64,000 nucleotides of DNA from Acidobacteriota bacterium (GCA_963664705.1 OY761556.1:1152001-1216000), one strand, 5' to 3'; positions 9,833-19,388 are shown, counted from the stretch's first letter. Numbers and translations: made by a program. The notes: a model not told the origin generated them from the letters alone.

Positions 9833-10915
9833 TTAGCGGCTATAGTGAATTCTCGATTGGCGATAGAGTTCCTCGCGAAATGCAGGAGCGGACATCTTCA
9901 GCGCATTGAAATTCAGGAAAGATGGCTTCTCCGGATTGCAGAATTGGGCCGCATAATTTTTGGCTTCCTCGCGCTGCTGCTCATCGGTCAATGCAGTCAG
10001 ATCTGAAGCTGCAGGCATAACTCCTATCAGGAGTTTGTCTCCATACAATTCATAGATTTTTTGCGTATCATTCATGGCCTGCGGGCACCACATATCCCAG
10101 CCGGCCGCTATGATGTTCGGGACTTGTTTCATGAGCTGGCCGCAGCTGTGCAGTTCGCAGTATTTGCCTCTCGAATGCAGAAAGTCGGTGACCCGCTTCA
10201 TGTAGGGGACGATCATTTCTCTGACAACGGAAGGAGAAAAGAAGGTCTCCTGTTGGGAACCCCAGTCATCATGGATGCAGAACCCATGAATGCCGGGAAA
10301 ATGTGTGCAGAATTTGTCGAAGATTCGTATGTATAGATCGGTTGCCTTGTCAAAGAAGGCTTTGATAGCATCCTGCTGGTCTTCATCGATCATGGCGACA
10401 ACCGCATTTTCAAATTCCATGAAAGTGATCAGCCGTTCATACCAGCCCGTCAGAAACCATCCTACATTGAACTTTTCGTCACTGAGAAGCGATGCATTGT
10501 CCTTTGCGCTTCCTTCCCAGTCCCAGGATTCAATATCCGGGAAAGCGATCTGTTTCGGCCATTCGTTGAAATCCTCTATGAAGGGCTTGCCGGGACGAAT
10601 CATGGATCCACCTGCGACGGGGACATACTCCCATGGCATCCCAAACATATCCGGGCCGCCGCCCTTGTTCGGGTCGAATGGATTGGCTTCGAAGACAAAT
10701 GAACGCGCCACGTTATCGGGGATAATTTTGGGGCTGAACAAACGAGTCTCAAGCATCCCCGAAATTTGCCAGATGGGCTCTCTTTTTAGCAGGGCGCCAA
10801 CAGCTTCCCTGTCGGAAACAGGGTAGTTATAGATTTTTAACGCAGGCATAAACAAGTTTGCCGGAAGTTCTTTTATAACTTCCATTTCCTTGGGGTCAAA
10901 TTTGGGCACGGGCAT
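9833..10915 (-). CDS. UroD/MtaA-fold corrinoid methyltransferase (MT I-like), paralog 4
   Basis: DMFGMPW, GWYERL, HDDWG, FFSP, LHSCG; ATG at 10915 after GAAGGAAG (ORF open from 10972). Confidence 0.85.
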   Translation of the reverse strand: MPVPKFDPKEMEVIKELPANLFMPALKIYNYPVSDREAVGALLKREPIWQISGMLETRLFSPKIIPDNVARSFVFEANPFDPNKGGGPDMFGMPWEYVPVAGGSMIRPGKPFIEDFNEWPKQIAFPDIESWDWEGSAKDNASLLSDEKFNVGWFLTGWYERLITFMEFENAVVAMIDEDQQDAIKAFFDKATDLYIRIFDKFCTHFPGIHGFCIHDDWGSQQETFFSPSVVREMIVPYMKRVTDFLHSRGKYCELHSCGQLMKQVPNIIAAGWDMWCPQAMNDTQKIYELYGDKLLIGVMPAASDLTALTDEQQREEAKNYAAQFCNPEKPSFLNFNALKMSAPAFREELYRQSRIHYSR

Positions 10916-11172
10916 GTATGCTTCCTTCTCAAAACTTCTGCTGATGGTTGTCCATGGTTTGGTTTCACTCAAGGCGGGCAGAATACCATAGGACCGATGG
11001 AAAAACTGCAGGATTTGCCGAAATTATCCTGCCCGGCATGCGGTGGAATTCGAGCCATATTTCCCAGCCGGGACAGCCACACCGGGTAATGAGCCTGTCT
11101 AAATGGTAACAAAACATCGGATATAATTGACAGTTGACTTCACCCGGATCTTGTTTGTAGTTTGGAGTTGCT

Positions 11173-11712
11173 ATGCAAAATATTGAGGAGTTGATAACAA
11201 GAGCTTGCGAGGCAGGCTTTGATGCTGCAGGCGCACTGGATTGTTCCACCATCAATCTGCGGAAGGAAGCGCGCGAAGCCTGCGAAAAAAATACCTGCGG
11301 GCGGTACGGCAAAAGCTGGTCTTGTCCTCCGGGTTGCGGATCTTTGGATGAATGCACGGCCCTTATCCGTCGGTATGGCAAAGGTCTGATCGTTCAGACG
11401 ATTGGGAAACTGGAGGATGAATTCGACGGGGAAGGGATGATGGAGGCCGCGCATCGTCATGCGCAAACCTTCCGCCATTTTTCCAGGGTGTTACGGAAGG
11501 AGTATCCGGACATGCTTCCGGTTGGGAGTGAGAGCTGTTCAGCCTGTGATGCGTGCTCCTTTCCGGAATCGCCGTGCCGGGATCCGCACGGTGCCAGTTC
11601 GCCGATGGAAGCCTACGGAATGATGGTCAACGAGGTCTGCCGGGCTAACGGCCTGGAGTACTATCATGGCAAGGGTACGATCACGTTTACCGGCTGCTAT
11701 CTGCTGGAATAG
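11173..11712 (+). CDS. DUF2284-like Cys-rich predicted metal-binding protein
   Basis: AREACEKNTCGRYGKSWSCPP, CxxCxxC...PCR, PMEAYG pattern. Confidence 0.8.
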   Translation: MQNIEELITRACEAGFDAAGALDCSTINLRKEAREACEKNTCGRYGKSWSCPPGCGSLDECTALIRRYGKGLIVQTIGKLEDEFDGEGMMEAAHRHAQTFRHFSRVLRKEYPDMLPVGSESCSACDACSFPESPCRDPHGASSPMEAYGMMVNEVCRANGLEYYHGKGTITFTGCYLLE

Positions 11713-11819
11713 GGTGGCGCCCGATCCACTCCTACAGGCTGACCTTTCGCGTTATATAGGAAATAGAAAATATATTATTCGAGTTCAGTAATCAGGTCGG
11801 CGGTCTCACTGAGTGCCTG

Positions 11820-12470
11820 CTATTTTCCCATGTGTACCAGGATTCCAATCGATGTCTGGACGTCATGGAACAGGCCCCCGGACGACTGTGACTGCAAAAA
11901 GGCGGGAAAATTCCCCAGAAAGTCCCTTATTTCCACTCGAATGGAATAGCGCCTGCTGGGGCGGGCCTCGATCCCGCCTCCATAATTGAAACTCCATCCG
12001 ATGTCGGAACCGGACCCGTTATCAGGATGGATGTTTCTCAGGCCGGTTCCTGCCGTTGCAAATAGACGCAAGCCGCCATTCGAATAGGGTGTAGCCAGAG
12101 CGATGTTGCAGAATAGCTGCTGTATGGTAAAGCTGGTTGATTGGCCTCCGGCTGCTTGTGAGACAGGCGCAGCCTGCAAATCCAGATCGTTCCACGCATT
12201 CCGGAAACCCATTTCCAGGGAAACCGGTGTATGCAGATCGACAGCTGCCAGGATTCCAATCTGGAATTGGTTTTTTAGCCTGGCACGATAGGTTGAACTT
12301 GCCCCATCGCGGATATTTCTATCCGGCAGAATGGCTCCTCCTCCACTTATCATCCATCGGGGATTCAGACCGGCTGCCGCCAGAGTTTTCGTCCATGGCA
12401 GGATTAACAGCAGCAATAAGAGCAGTGCATTGAAAGTTGTTCGCATCGGGAAGCCGGACGATTTTTGCAC
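11820..12470 (-). CDS. Small outer-membrane beta-barrel protein
   Basis: Signal peptide, alternating beta-strand pattern, FATAGTG, FNYGGGIE, IRVEIRD. Confidence 0.7.
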   Translation of the reverse strand: MQKSSGFPMRTTFNALLLLLLLILPWTKTLAAAGLNPRWMISGGGAILPDRNIRDGASSTYRARLKNQFQIGILAAVDLHTPVSLEMGFRNAWNDLDLQAAPVSQAAGGQSTSFTIQQLFCNIALATPYSNGGLRLFATAGTGLRNIHPDNGSGSDIGWSFNYGGGIEARPSRRYSIRVEIRDFLGNFPAFLQSQSSGGLFHDVQTSIGILVHMGK

Positions 12471-12474
12471 CCCT

Positions 12475-13056
12475 TCACTTCACCTTGGCCACCACTACTA
12501 TCGCCACAATGATGATGGCAACAAGTCCGATGGTCGACAGGACCCCAAGGTTTTTACCAACCTGCCGCACATCCTGATATTGCAGCGCGATCAGATTGGC
12601 TTCGTCGTCCGGCGCAATAACGAAGTGATCCATTTCAATGGTCCGGATGTGGCCGTGTATTTTTGTGTCCCCGGTTTGAACCACAATATGCCTGCCGATG
12701 CCCAAACCCGCGATTGCGCGTCTCGCTTCGGAGGCATCCGTTGTTCCCGAAGCCCGATATTTTTGTGCAATCAAAGTCAACTCGGATGTGTCATCGAAGC
12801 GAATGAGACGTGTTGTTGAACGCGCAAGCGGCGCCAATGTAAAACCGGCATCCTCGATCGAGGATATCTGCCCCCGTATCTTTTGCCCATCCGACAGCCT
12901 GACCCGTACATCCGCGCCGATACCAAACAACTCCGCTTTTTGTTTCAGGAGGGCACTGCCATCGGGTTGATGAGTATCCGCAGCAGACACACATTGTGTT
13001 GACGAAAGCAAAACCAGGCAGACTGTGAGGCAGATAGATGTGATTTTTTTGCTCAT
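12475..13056 (-). CDS. Hypothetical exported protein with two internal repeats and a C-terminal TM anchor
   Basis: Signal peptide; GIGADVRVRLSDGQKIRGQI and GIGRHIVVQTGDTKIHGHI repeats; C-terminal hydrophobic stretch ending KVK. Confidence 0.7.
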   Translation of the reverse strand: MSKKITSICLTVCLVLLSSTQCVSAADTHQPDGSALLKQKAELFGIGADVRVRLSDGQKIRGQISSIEDAGFTLAPLARSTTRLIRFDDTSELTLIAQKYRASGTTDASEARRAIAGLGIGRHIVVQTGDTKIHGHIRTIEMDHFVIAPDDEANLIALQYQDVRQVGKNLGVLSTIGLVAIIIVAIVVVAKVK

Positions 13057-13183
13057 ATTCCACTCCTACTTCATAACAAAATTATATCGGCCGCTTGCAG
13101 GGAACAGAAGGGGGCTTTGGGGCGGAACTGGATGCGAGCATTTGCCTCGGGCTGAATGGAGGCGCAAAATGGGAGAAAGCCCG

Positions 13184-13199
13184 AATGGGAAATCCCATT
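13184..13199. promoter_or_regulatory. 7-2-7 inverted repeat, candidate regulator site in a divergent promoter
   Basis: AATGGGA-AA-TCCCATT, with an extra AATGGGA half-site at 13168. Confidence 0.5.
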
Positions 13200-13229
13200 G
13201 GGAGGCCCTCCCGGGAAGTGTGGTCCATA

Positions 13230-13472
13230 ATGCGTCATTCGCTTCGCATGGCGTTGCTTGCCGCAACGTTGATTTCCCCCCTGTTTTTTGTGAATTGTGC
13301 CGCTCGCATCCGCGTATACGACGGAGATCATCATGACTACCACCGCTGGAACCATAGGGAAGCGGGTTTCTACCAGAGATGGGAAATGGAATCGCGTCGA
13401 GATCACAGGGATTTCGACCGACGCAGTGATGATGAAAAGAGGGATTACTGGAACTGGCGACATGCCCATTGA
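13230..13472 (+). CDS. Small secreted or lipo-protein rich in His/Arg/Asp/Trp
   Basis: MRHSLRMALLAATLISPLFFVNC signal followed by YDGDHHDYHRW...YWNWRHAH. Confidence 0.65.
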   Translation: MRHSLRMALLAATLISPLFFVNCAARIRVYDGDHHDYHRWNHREAGFYQRWEMESRRDHRDFDRRSDDEKRDYWNWRHAH

Positions 13473-13667
13473 AATAAAGGCCCATAATAGTTCGGACCGG
13501 TAGCCTGGCGCGCGGCGGGCTTGCTAGCGCCACTGCGGAAGCTTCGGGACACGAATCCACCCACTCCGGGTGCCTCGCCATGGACGGTTGGACTCGGTCC
13601 AAAGCTGCATTCCGGTCATTACGGCCGGACTGGAGCAAAATCGAACCGACGATGCGGGGAAATTTAC

Positions 13668-15455
13668 ATGAGCCATGCGGTTCACAAATATGAAATGGGC
13701 GTTATCGGTAATTGTTCCTATCTCGCCTATATTGATACTCTGGCCAGGATTCAATGGCTTTGCATGCCCCGGTTTGACAGCAGCTTTGTTTTCGGCTCGC
13801 TCCTGGATCGGCAAAAGGGCGGAGAGTTTTCCATATCAACCCCGGATGCGCCCTTTGCTACGAATCAGTATTATCAGAACAACACCAATGTACTATGTAC
13901 AGAGTTTCGCTCAGGCAGTGGAACTTTCGTCGTAACCGACTTCGCGCCCCGTTTTTTTCATTACGAGCGATACTTCAAGCCCTTGATGCTTATTCGCAAG
14001 CTGGAGCCATTGTCGGGAGACCCCGTAGTCAGAGTTATCTGCAATCCAAGGGCTGGCTGGGGCGCTGTCGAACCTCAAATTGTTTTTGGCAGCAACCATA
14101 TCCGCTTTCTTAATCTGGGAATCCAGGTCCGGTTGACCACCGATATTCCCCTCAACTATGTTTTTGAGCCAAAACCCTTCGTCTTAAACCAGACGCGTTA
14201 CCTTGTTTTCACTTACGGCGAGCCGCTGGAGGCGCCGCTGGCCTCAACGGCTGAGGATTTTTTGCGTAGGACAGAGGAATATTGGATTCAATGGGTAAAG
14301 ACCACCTCTATTCCCATGCTCTACCAGGAAGAGGTGATTCGTTCTGCCCTGATCTTGAAATTGCACCAATATGAAGACACGGGGGGAATTATTGCTTCCG
14401 GAACGACCAGCCTTCCCGAAGAGGACGGGGCCGGTAGAAATTGGGATTATCGCTATTGCTGGGTTCGTGATTCCTTCTATACGCTCAATGCATTTCAAAG
14501 CCTCGGGCATTTCGAAGAATTGGAAAAATATTTTCACTTCATACAGAACGTGATTATGGGAGAATCTGGCGGCATCCAGCCGGTTTATGGCCTGAGCGGT
14601 GAAAAGGATCTGCTTGAGAAAGAGCTGGACCTGCCCGGATACAGAAATAACCGTCCCGTCCGCATTGGAAACAGCGCCTATTTGCAACCCCAGAACGATG
14701 TCTACGGCCAGCTGCTGGCTTGTCTTCTCCCGCTCTACATCGACCGCCGACTGGCTTCGGACCGGCACCGACGGCAAACAGGACTTGTCCTCCGGCTTTT
14801 GGATGCAATCGAGAAAACGATGGATGTGCCGGACTCCGGGATCTGGGAATATCGCGGCCGCCGGCAGTTTCATTGTTATACATACCTGTTCCATTGGGTT
14901 GGCTGTAATGCGGCCCTGAAGATTGCCAATGCATCGGCCGACAATACCTTGGCTGTGCGTGCGTCTCAGCTGGGCCTGGAGGCAGCGCGAAGAATCGAGC
15001 ACTGTTTCAGCAAAAACAAGCATGCCTACGTTCAAGCCATCGGAGCCGAAGACCTGGATGCCAGCACGCTGCAGTTGATCAATATGCACTATCTGGACCC
15101 GGGTGGCGATCGTGCCAAAGAGCATCTCAATGCGCTCGAAAAGGAATTGCTGTCGCCGAATGGTTTGTTGTTCAGGTATGCGCACATGGATGATTTTGGT
15201 CTTCCCAAGGTGTGCTTCCTGGCCTGCTCATTCTGGTATGCGGAAGCGCTTGCCTGCGTTGGCCGGATTGATGATGCCTGCAAAATGCTGGAATTAGGCC
15301 TGAAGTGTTCAAACCACCTTGGGCTGTTCAGCGAGGATGTGGACTTTTCCTGCGGCCAGTGGGGGAACTTTCCGCAGACCTATAGCCACGTGGGTTTCAT
15401 GAACGCAGTCTATCGCATTGCCAACGGAAGAGGGTTGCCGATCTTTCTCGAATAA
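13668..15455 (+). CDS. GH15 family glycoside hydrolase (trehalase/glucoamylase-like)
   Basis: IGNC, WLCMPRFDS, TTSLPE, RNWDYRYCWVRD, GIWEYRG, GLFSED, GNFPQTYSH. Confidence 0.93.
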   Translation: MSHAVHKYEMGVIGNCSYLAYIDTLARIQWLCMPRFDSSFVFGSLLDRQKGGEFSISTPDAPFATNQYYQNNTNVLCTEFRSGSGTFVVTDFAPRFFHYERYFKPLMLIRKLEPLSGDPVVRVICNPRAGWGAVEPQIVFGSNHIRFLNLGIQVRLTTDIPLNYVFEPKPFVLNQTRYLVFTYGEPLEAPLASTAEDFLRRTEEYWIQWVKTTSIPMLYQEEVIRSALILKLHQYEDTGGIIASGTTSLPEEDGAGRNWDYRYCWVRDSFYTLNAFQSLGHFEELEKYFHFIQNVIMGESGGIQPVYGLSGEKDLLEKELDLPGYRNNRPVRIGNSAYLQPQNDVYGQLLACLLPLYIDRRLASDRHRRQTGLVLRLLDAIEKTMDVPDSGIWEYRGRRQFHCYTYLFHWVGCNAALKIANASADNTLAVRASQLGLEAARRIEHCFSKNKHAYVQAIGAEDLDASTLQLINMHYLDPGGDRAKEHLNALEKELLSPNGLLFRYAHMDDFGLPKVCFLACSFWYAEALACVGRIDDACKMLELGLKCSNHLGLFSEDVDFSCGQWGNFPQTYSHVGFMNAVYRIANGRGLPIFLE

Positions 15456-15468
15456 CGGAGGCCGTTAT

Positions 15469-17703
15469 ATGAGCGAGGCTGGATTCTCCTGCAAGCGGAT
15501 GCTCATCGTTTCCTATCGACTGCCGTTCAGAATCATCGAAGCCGCCGGCGGAAACGGAGTGGAGCAATCCTCCGGAGGGCTGGTTTCGGCTTTGATATCG
15601 CTTTCTCGCAAAGCCTCTGCCGGAGAGTTGTATCACAATCTGGTATGGGTTGGGAAAGGAGGGGACGGGATTGAACACGAGATGAATGTGGATGAAGACG
15701 GGTTGAACTATCGATTGGTTCCGGTTGCCATACCGCCCGATATCGACGCAGGGTATTATGGTGGCTTCTGCAATAATCTGCTATGGCCGCTCTTCCACTA
15801 TTTCCCATCGCTTTCTGTCCTGGACGAAAGCTATTTTGACAGCTATGTTGCCGCCAATCGACTGTTTGCGGAAAAGGTAAAAGCTGTTGCAAGGCCAGGA
15901 GACCTGATCTGGATTCATGATTATCATCTCTTCCTGTTGCCGTCTATGCTTAGGGAGGCGCTCCCGTCGGCGCATATTGCCTTTTTTTTGCATATCCCAT
16001 TTCCTACCTTCGAGCTCTTTCGCATTCTGCCGCGTCCATGGCGCGAAGCAATCCTCCGGGGTGTCCTGGGGGCGGACTTGATCGGCTTTCATACCAACGA
16101 CTATTGCCAGTACTTTCTGCGCTCCGTTTCAAGGTTCCTGGGGCATGAAATCACCATGAATACCGTGGCGCTCGAAGATCGCATTGTTCGTGTGGATGCC
16201 TATCCCATCGGCATCGACTATGAAAAATTCAGGCAGGCGGCGTCCTCTTCAACCGAGGTAGAGGCGGATAAGGGAAAAATTCTCAGTTTGCTGAAGGATC
16301 AAAAATTGATTTTCTCCGTGGATCGTCTGGATTATTCCAAAGGCTTTCTGCATCGCCTGGATGGATTCGAGTGTTTTCTGGATTCATACTCCGAATGGAT
16401 CGGGAAGGTAATTTTCAACATGGTGGTAGTCCCGTCGCGCGACTCCATCCCAAGCTATCAGGAGATGAAACATGGGATCGAGGCGGCCGTCGGGAGAATC
16501 AACGGAAAGCACAGCACAATTGCCTGGCTGCCAATCCTGTATCAATACAAATCTCTTTCCTTTCATGAACTGGTAGCGCTCTACAATCTGAGCGATGTCG
16601 GCCTTATCACGCCCGTGCGCGACGGTATGAATCTGGTGGCCAAAGAGTATATCGCCTGCCAGACCGGAAAAATCGGCATGCTGGTTCTGAGTGAAACCGC
16701 CGGAGCATCCGCTGAACTCAGTGAATCGCTATTGATCAATCCGAGAGACAAAAGGGAAATGGCGGATTCCATAAACCGTGCCCTGACAATGCCGGAACGG
16801 AGCCGGAAGATCCTGGTGTCCCGTATGCAGAATCGAATTCGCCGCTACAACGTATTTTCCTGGGCTTCCGATATCGTACAGAATGTTGCTGCCATCAAAA
16901 AGGAGCAGGAACTGCGAAAAGTGAATCTGATGACCAGTGTCATCGAGACAGAAATTGTCGACCGCTATCGACGCGCTTCGCGAAGAGTGATTTTCCTGGA
17001 CTACGATGGGACGCTCGTCCCTTTTTCGAGCGTCCCGGAATTGGCGATTCCCGATACGCAAACCTTGATCCGGATTGAGCAGCTTGCCAGCGATGCGAAA
17101 AACAGAGTCGTCATTATCAGTGGGCGAAACCGGGACTTTATGGAGGAATGGCTGGGCCAACTTGATATACTTCTGGTGGCCGAGCATGGAGCCTTTCTAC
17201 GGACGCCGGGAAGTGCCTGGGAATGCACGATCGATCCGGATCAAACCTGGAAAGAGGGAATTGTCCCGGTGATGCAGCGTTACGCCGACCGGTGCAATGG
17301 TTCCTTCATTGAGGAAAAATTCTCATCCCTGGTCTGGCATTATCGCAACGCTTCCCCGGAGATCGGTTCCTTGCGGGCCAAGGAGCTTACCCAGGAGTTG
17401 AGGAATCTGGTTTCCACGGAAAACCGGCTCCACGTGCTGGAGAGCAGCAAGGCTATTGAGGTGAAACGGACCGGCTACGACAAAGGCGTTGCCGCTGCCA
17501 AGATCATCGCCGATGGAGCGGCAGACTTCATTGTCGCGATGGGAGACGATAAAACCGATGAGGATCTCTTCCGGTTGCTGCCGTCTTCGGCCATTACCAT
17601 AAAGATCGGCCTTACTCCCAGTCTGGCCAAGTATAATCTGATCAATCAACGGGACGTTTCCCGCTTTATGGCAAAGCTAACCCCGGATTCTCCCGGGACA
17701 TGA
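15469..17703 (+). CDS. Bifunctional trehalose-6-phosphate synthase/phosphatase (OtsA-OtsB fusion)
   Basis: GT20 motifs SSGGLVSAL, WIHDYHL, FLHIPFP, VDRLDYSKG, RDGMNLVAKEY; HAD domain FLDYDGTL...GDDKTDED. Confidence 0.95.
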   Translation: MSEAGFSCKRMLIVSYRLPFRIIEAAGGNGVEQSSGGLVSALISLSRKASAGELYHNLVWVGKGGDGIEHEMNVDEDGLNYRLVPVAIPPDIDAGYYGGFCNNLLWPLFHYFPSLSVLDESYFDSYVAANRLFAEKVKAVARPGDLIWIHDYHLFLLPSMLREALPSAHIAFFLHIPFPTFELFRILPRPWREAILRGVLGADLIGFHTNDYCQYFLRSVSRFLGHEITMNTVALEDRIVRVDAYPIGIDYEKFRQAASSSTEVEADKGKILSLLKDQKLIFSVDRLDYSKGFLHRLDGFECFLDSYSEWIGKVIFNMVVVPSRDSIPSYQEMKHGIEAAVGRINGKHSTIAWLPILYQYKSLSFHELVALYNLSDVGLITPVRDGMNLVAKEYIACQTGKIGMLVLSETAGASAELSESLLINPRDKREMADSINRALTMPERSRKILVSRMQNRIRRYNVFSWASDIVQNVAAIKKEQELRKVNLMTSVIETEIVDRYRRASRRVIFLDYDGTLVPFSSVPELAIPDTQTLIRIEQLASDAKNRVVIISGRNRDFMEEWLGQLDILLVAEHGAFLRTPGSAWECTIDPDQTWKEGIVPVMQRYADRCNGSFIEEKFSSLVWHYRNASPEIGSLRAKELTQELRNLVSTENRLHVLESSKAIEVKRTGYDKGVAAAKIIADGAADFIVAMGDDKTDEDLFRLLPSSAITIKIGLTPSLAKYNLINQRDVSRFMAKLTPDSPGT

Positions 17704-17773
17704 GTTGACCTCCAATCCGCAACTATCTGCTCCTGTCAGTTTTATCCTGTGAATGGGATTAGGCGCTTTCATG

Positions 17774-17825
17774 TTGACGCTCCGCGCGTCGCCAGGTACA
17801 AAAATGGCGACGCACAGAGCGTCAA
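17774..17825 (-). terminator. Long hairpin between convergent genes
   Basis: 21-bp stem ttgacgctccgcgcgtcgcca/tggcgacgcacagagcgtcaa; both mismatches become G-U pairs on the minus strand. Confidence 0.65.
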
Positions 17826-17837
17826 ACCGCGGATTGC

Positions 17838-19388
17838 TTATTGTCCGCCGTCTTTCTTGGCCTGGTCTCTGCGCCAGGAAATATAGGCATCAAATGCTTT
17901 CAGCTTATCCAGATTGGGCAAGGGCTTGGCGCCGGGCGGCACGGCATCGAATACCATTGCCTGCTGATTGTTTTCCGCGAATGCCGGCCACATGGGAAGT
18001 CCGGGGCCATTCGGGTTGCCCGATTTGGCAAAATTGACCCAATAGGAGCTGATCATATCGGAGAGTTTCTGCTCTTCCGGTTTGGGGGCGCCACCCCGGC
18101 CTGCGGCCAGGGTCTGGAATGCATAGGGAACATCGCTGCCATGTCCGGATCCATCCACATTTGGCCCGTGGAAGTCATAATAATATTCGAAGGCTTTGCC
18201 TTTGCCCTTCTGGGTTTGAAGCCGAGCCCACGTCCAGGTGCTCCAAGCAAAGGTGCCATCGCGCGAGATCCCAATGGATGACTTGGCTGCTTCGGCATCT
18301 GTCGAATGTGGATATACGGCCAGCAAAGCGTCGGCATGCGGGCCATACTGGGATCGGATCTGTTTCTCAAATTCGGCGGCCGTGGCGCTGCGACCCAATT
18401 CGCTTGAAGTGACGCCCAGCAAAATCGGCGTATCATTGAAGCGGCGTGACTGGTAGATCGAATACAGATCGCTCGGGATGACATATCCGTCGGCTACGGG
18501 ACGGAATCTCAACCCGCCGGCGATGTTCTTCTGGACCTCCTCCGCGCTCATGGCGCGCGCCGCTTTGATATCCGCTGCTCCCAACTTTTTCAGAAAGGAT
18601 TCGCCGGTCGACTCCGCCAGCTTGAGCGCAGGGATTCCCAGCCCTGCTCCGCCTTGTTCCGAGGTCTGGAGCGGAGCAAAAGAACCTCCGCTCATGCAGA
18701 TGACACCCCGGAAAAGGCCTTTGGTGACCGGCGAAGCTGCAAGCATATTGACCGCCATGCCGCCGGCCGAATGACCGAAGATCGTGACTTTGGAAGGATC
18801 GCCTCCAAACCTGGCAATGTTTGCCTGCACCCATTTCAGACCTGCAATCATATCCTGCAGCCCGTAAGTACCCGATCCCTTGCCGCTTTCACGGCTGAGA
18901 TCCGGATGAGCGAGAAATCCGAAAGGACCGACTCGATAGGCAACGCTTACCAGAACGATTCCTTTTTTGGCAAAGCCCATTCCGTCATACATGGAGACGC
19001 TCGTTGAACCGCCGCTGAAGCCTCCCCCGTAGATCCAAACGATGACAGGGTTCTTCTCACCTGCCTTTTTCGCCGGAGTCCATACGTTCAGGTACAGGCA
19101 GTCTTCGCTGACCGGAGCAGTGTTTCCCTGGGAATTTGCGGCTTGCATACAGGCCGGCCCGAAGGCCTCCACCTTCCTGATGCCGGTCCAGGGTTGCAGG
19201 GGGGCGGGCCCTTTCCAGCGCAGATCTCCGACCGGAGGGGCGGCAAATGGAATCCCCTTGAATACCGATATGCCGTCGGTGACGATTCCCTGAACCTCTC
19301 CCCCGGTCACCTTGGCTGTTTTTATTTCCGAAAGCGCAAGTTGCGCAAATGCCATAATCAGAATAATAGCGATCAAGACCTTCTTCAT
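17838..19388 (-). CDS. Secreted type B carboxylesterase
   Basis: Signal peptide MKKVLIAII; FKGIPFAAPPVGDLRW, SEDCLYLNVW, GGGF, GHSAG nucleophile elbow, HGSD. Confidence 0.93.
   Translation of the reverse strand: MKKVLIAIILIMAFAQLALSEIKTAKVTGGEVQGIVTDGISVFKGIPFAAPPVGDLRWKGPAPLQPWTGIRKVEAFGPACMQAANSQGNTAPVSEDCLYLNVWTPAKKAGEKNPVIVWIYGGGFSGGSTSVSMYDGMGFAKKGIVLVSVAYRVGPFGFLAHPDLSRESGKGSGTYGLQDMIAGLKWVQANIARFGGDPSKVTIFGHSAGGMAVNMLAASPVTKGLFRGVICMSGGSFAPLQTSEQGGAGLGIPALKLAESTGESFLKKLGAADIKAARAMSAEEVQKNIAGGLRFRPVADGYVIPSDLYSIYQSRRFNDTPILLGVTSSELGRSATAAEFEKQIRSQYGPHADALLAVYPHSTDAEAAKSSIGISRDGTFAWSTWTWARLQTQKGKGKAFEYYYDFHGPNVDGSGHGSDVPYAFQTLAAGRGGAPKPEEQKLSDMISSYWVNFAKSGNPNGPGLPMWPAFAENNQQAMVFDAVPPGAKPLPNLDKLKAFDAYISWRRDQAKKDGGQ

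Noticed and set aside
3622-10915. Annotation of the UroD-fold genes as hemE
   Set aside because: They lack the RQAGRY motif of HemE, and the context is corrinoid methyl transfer
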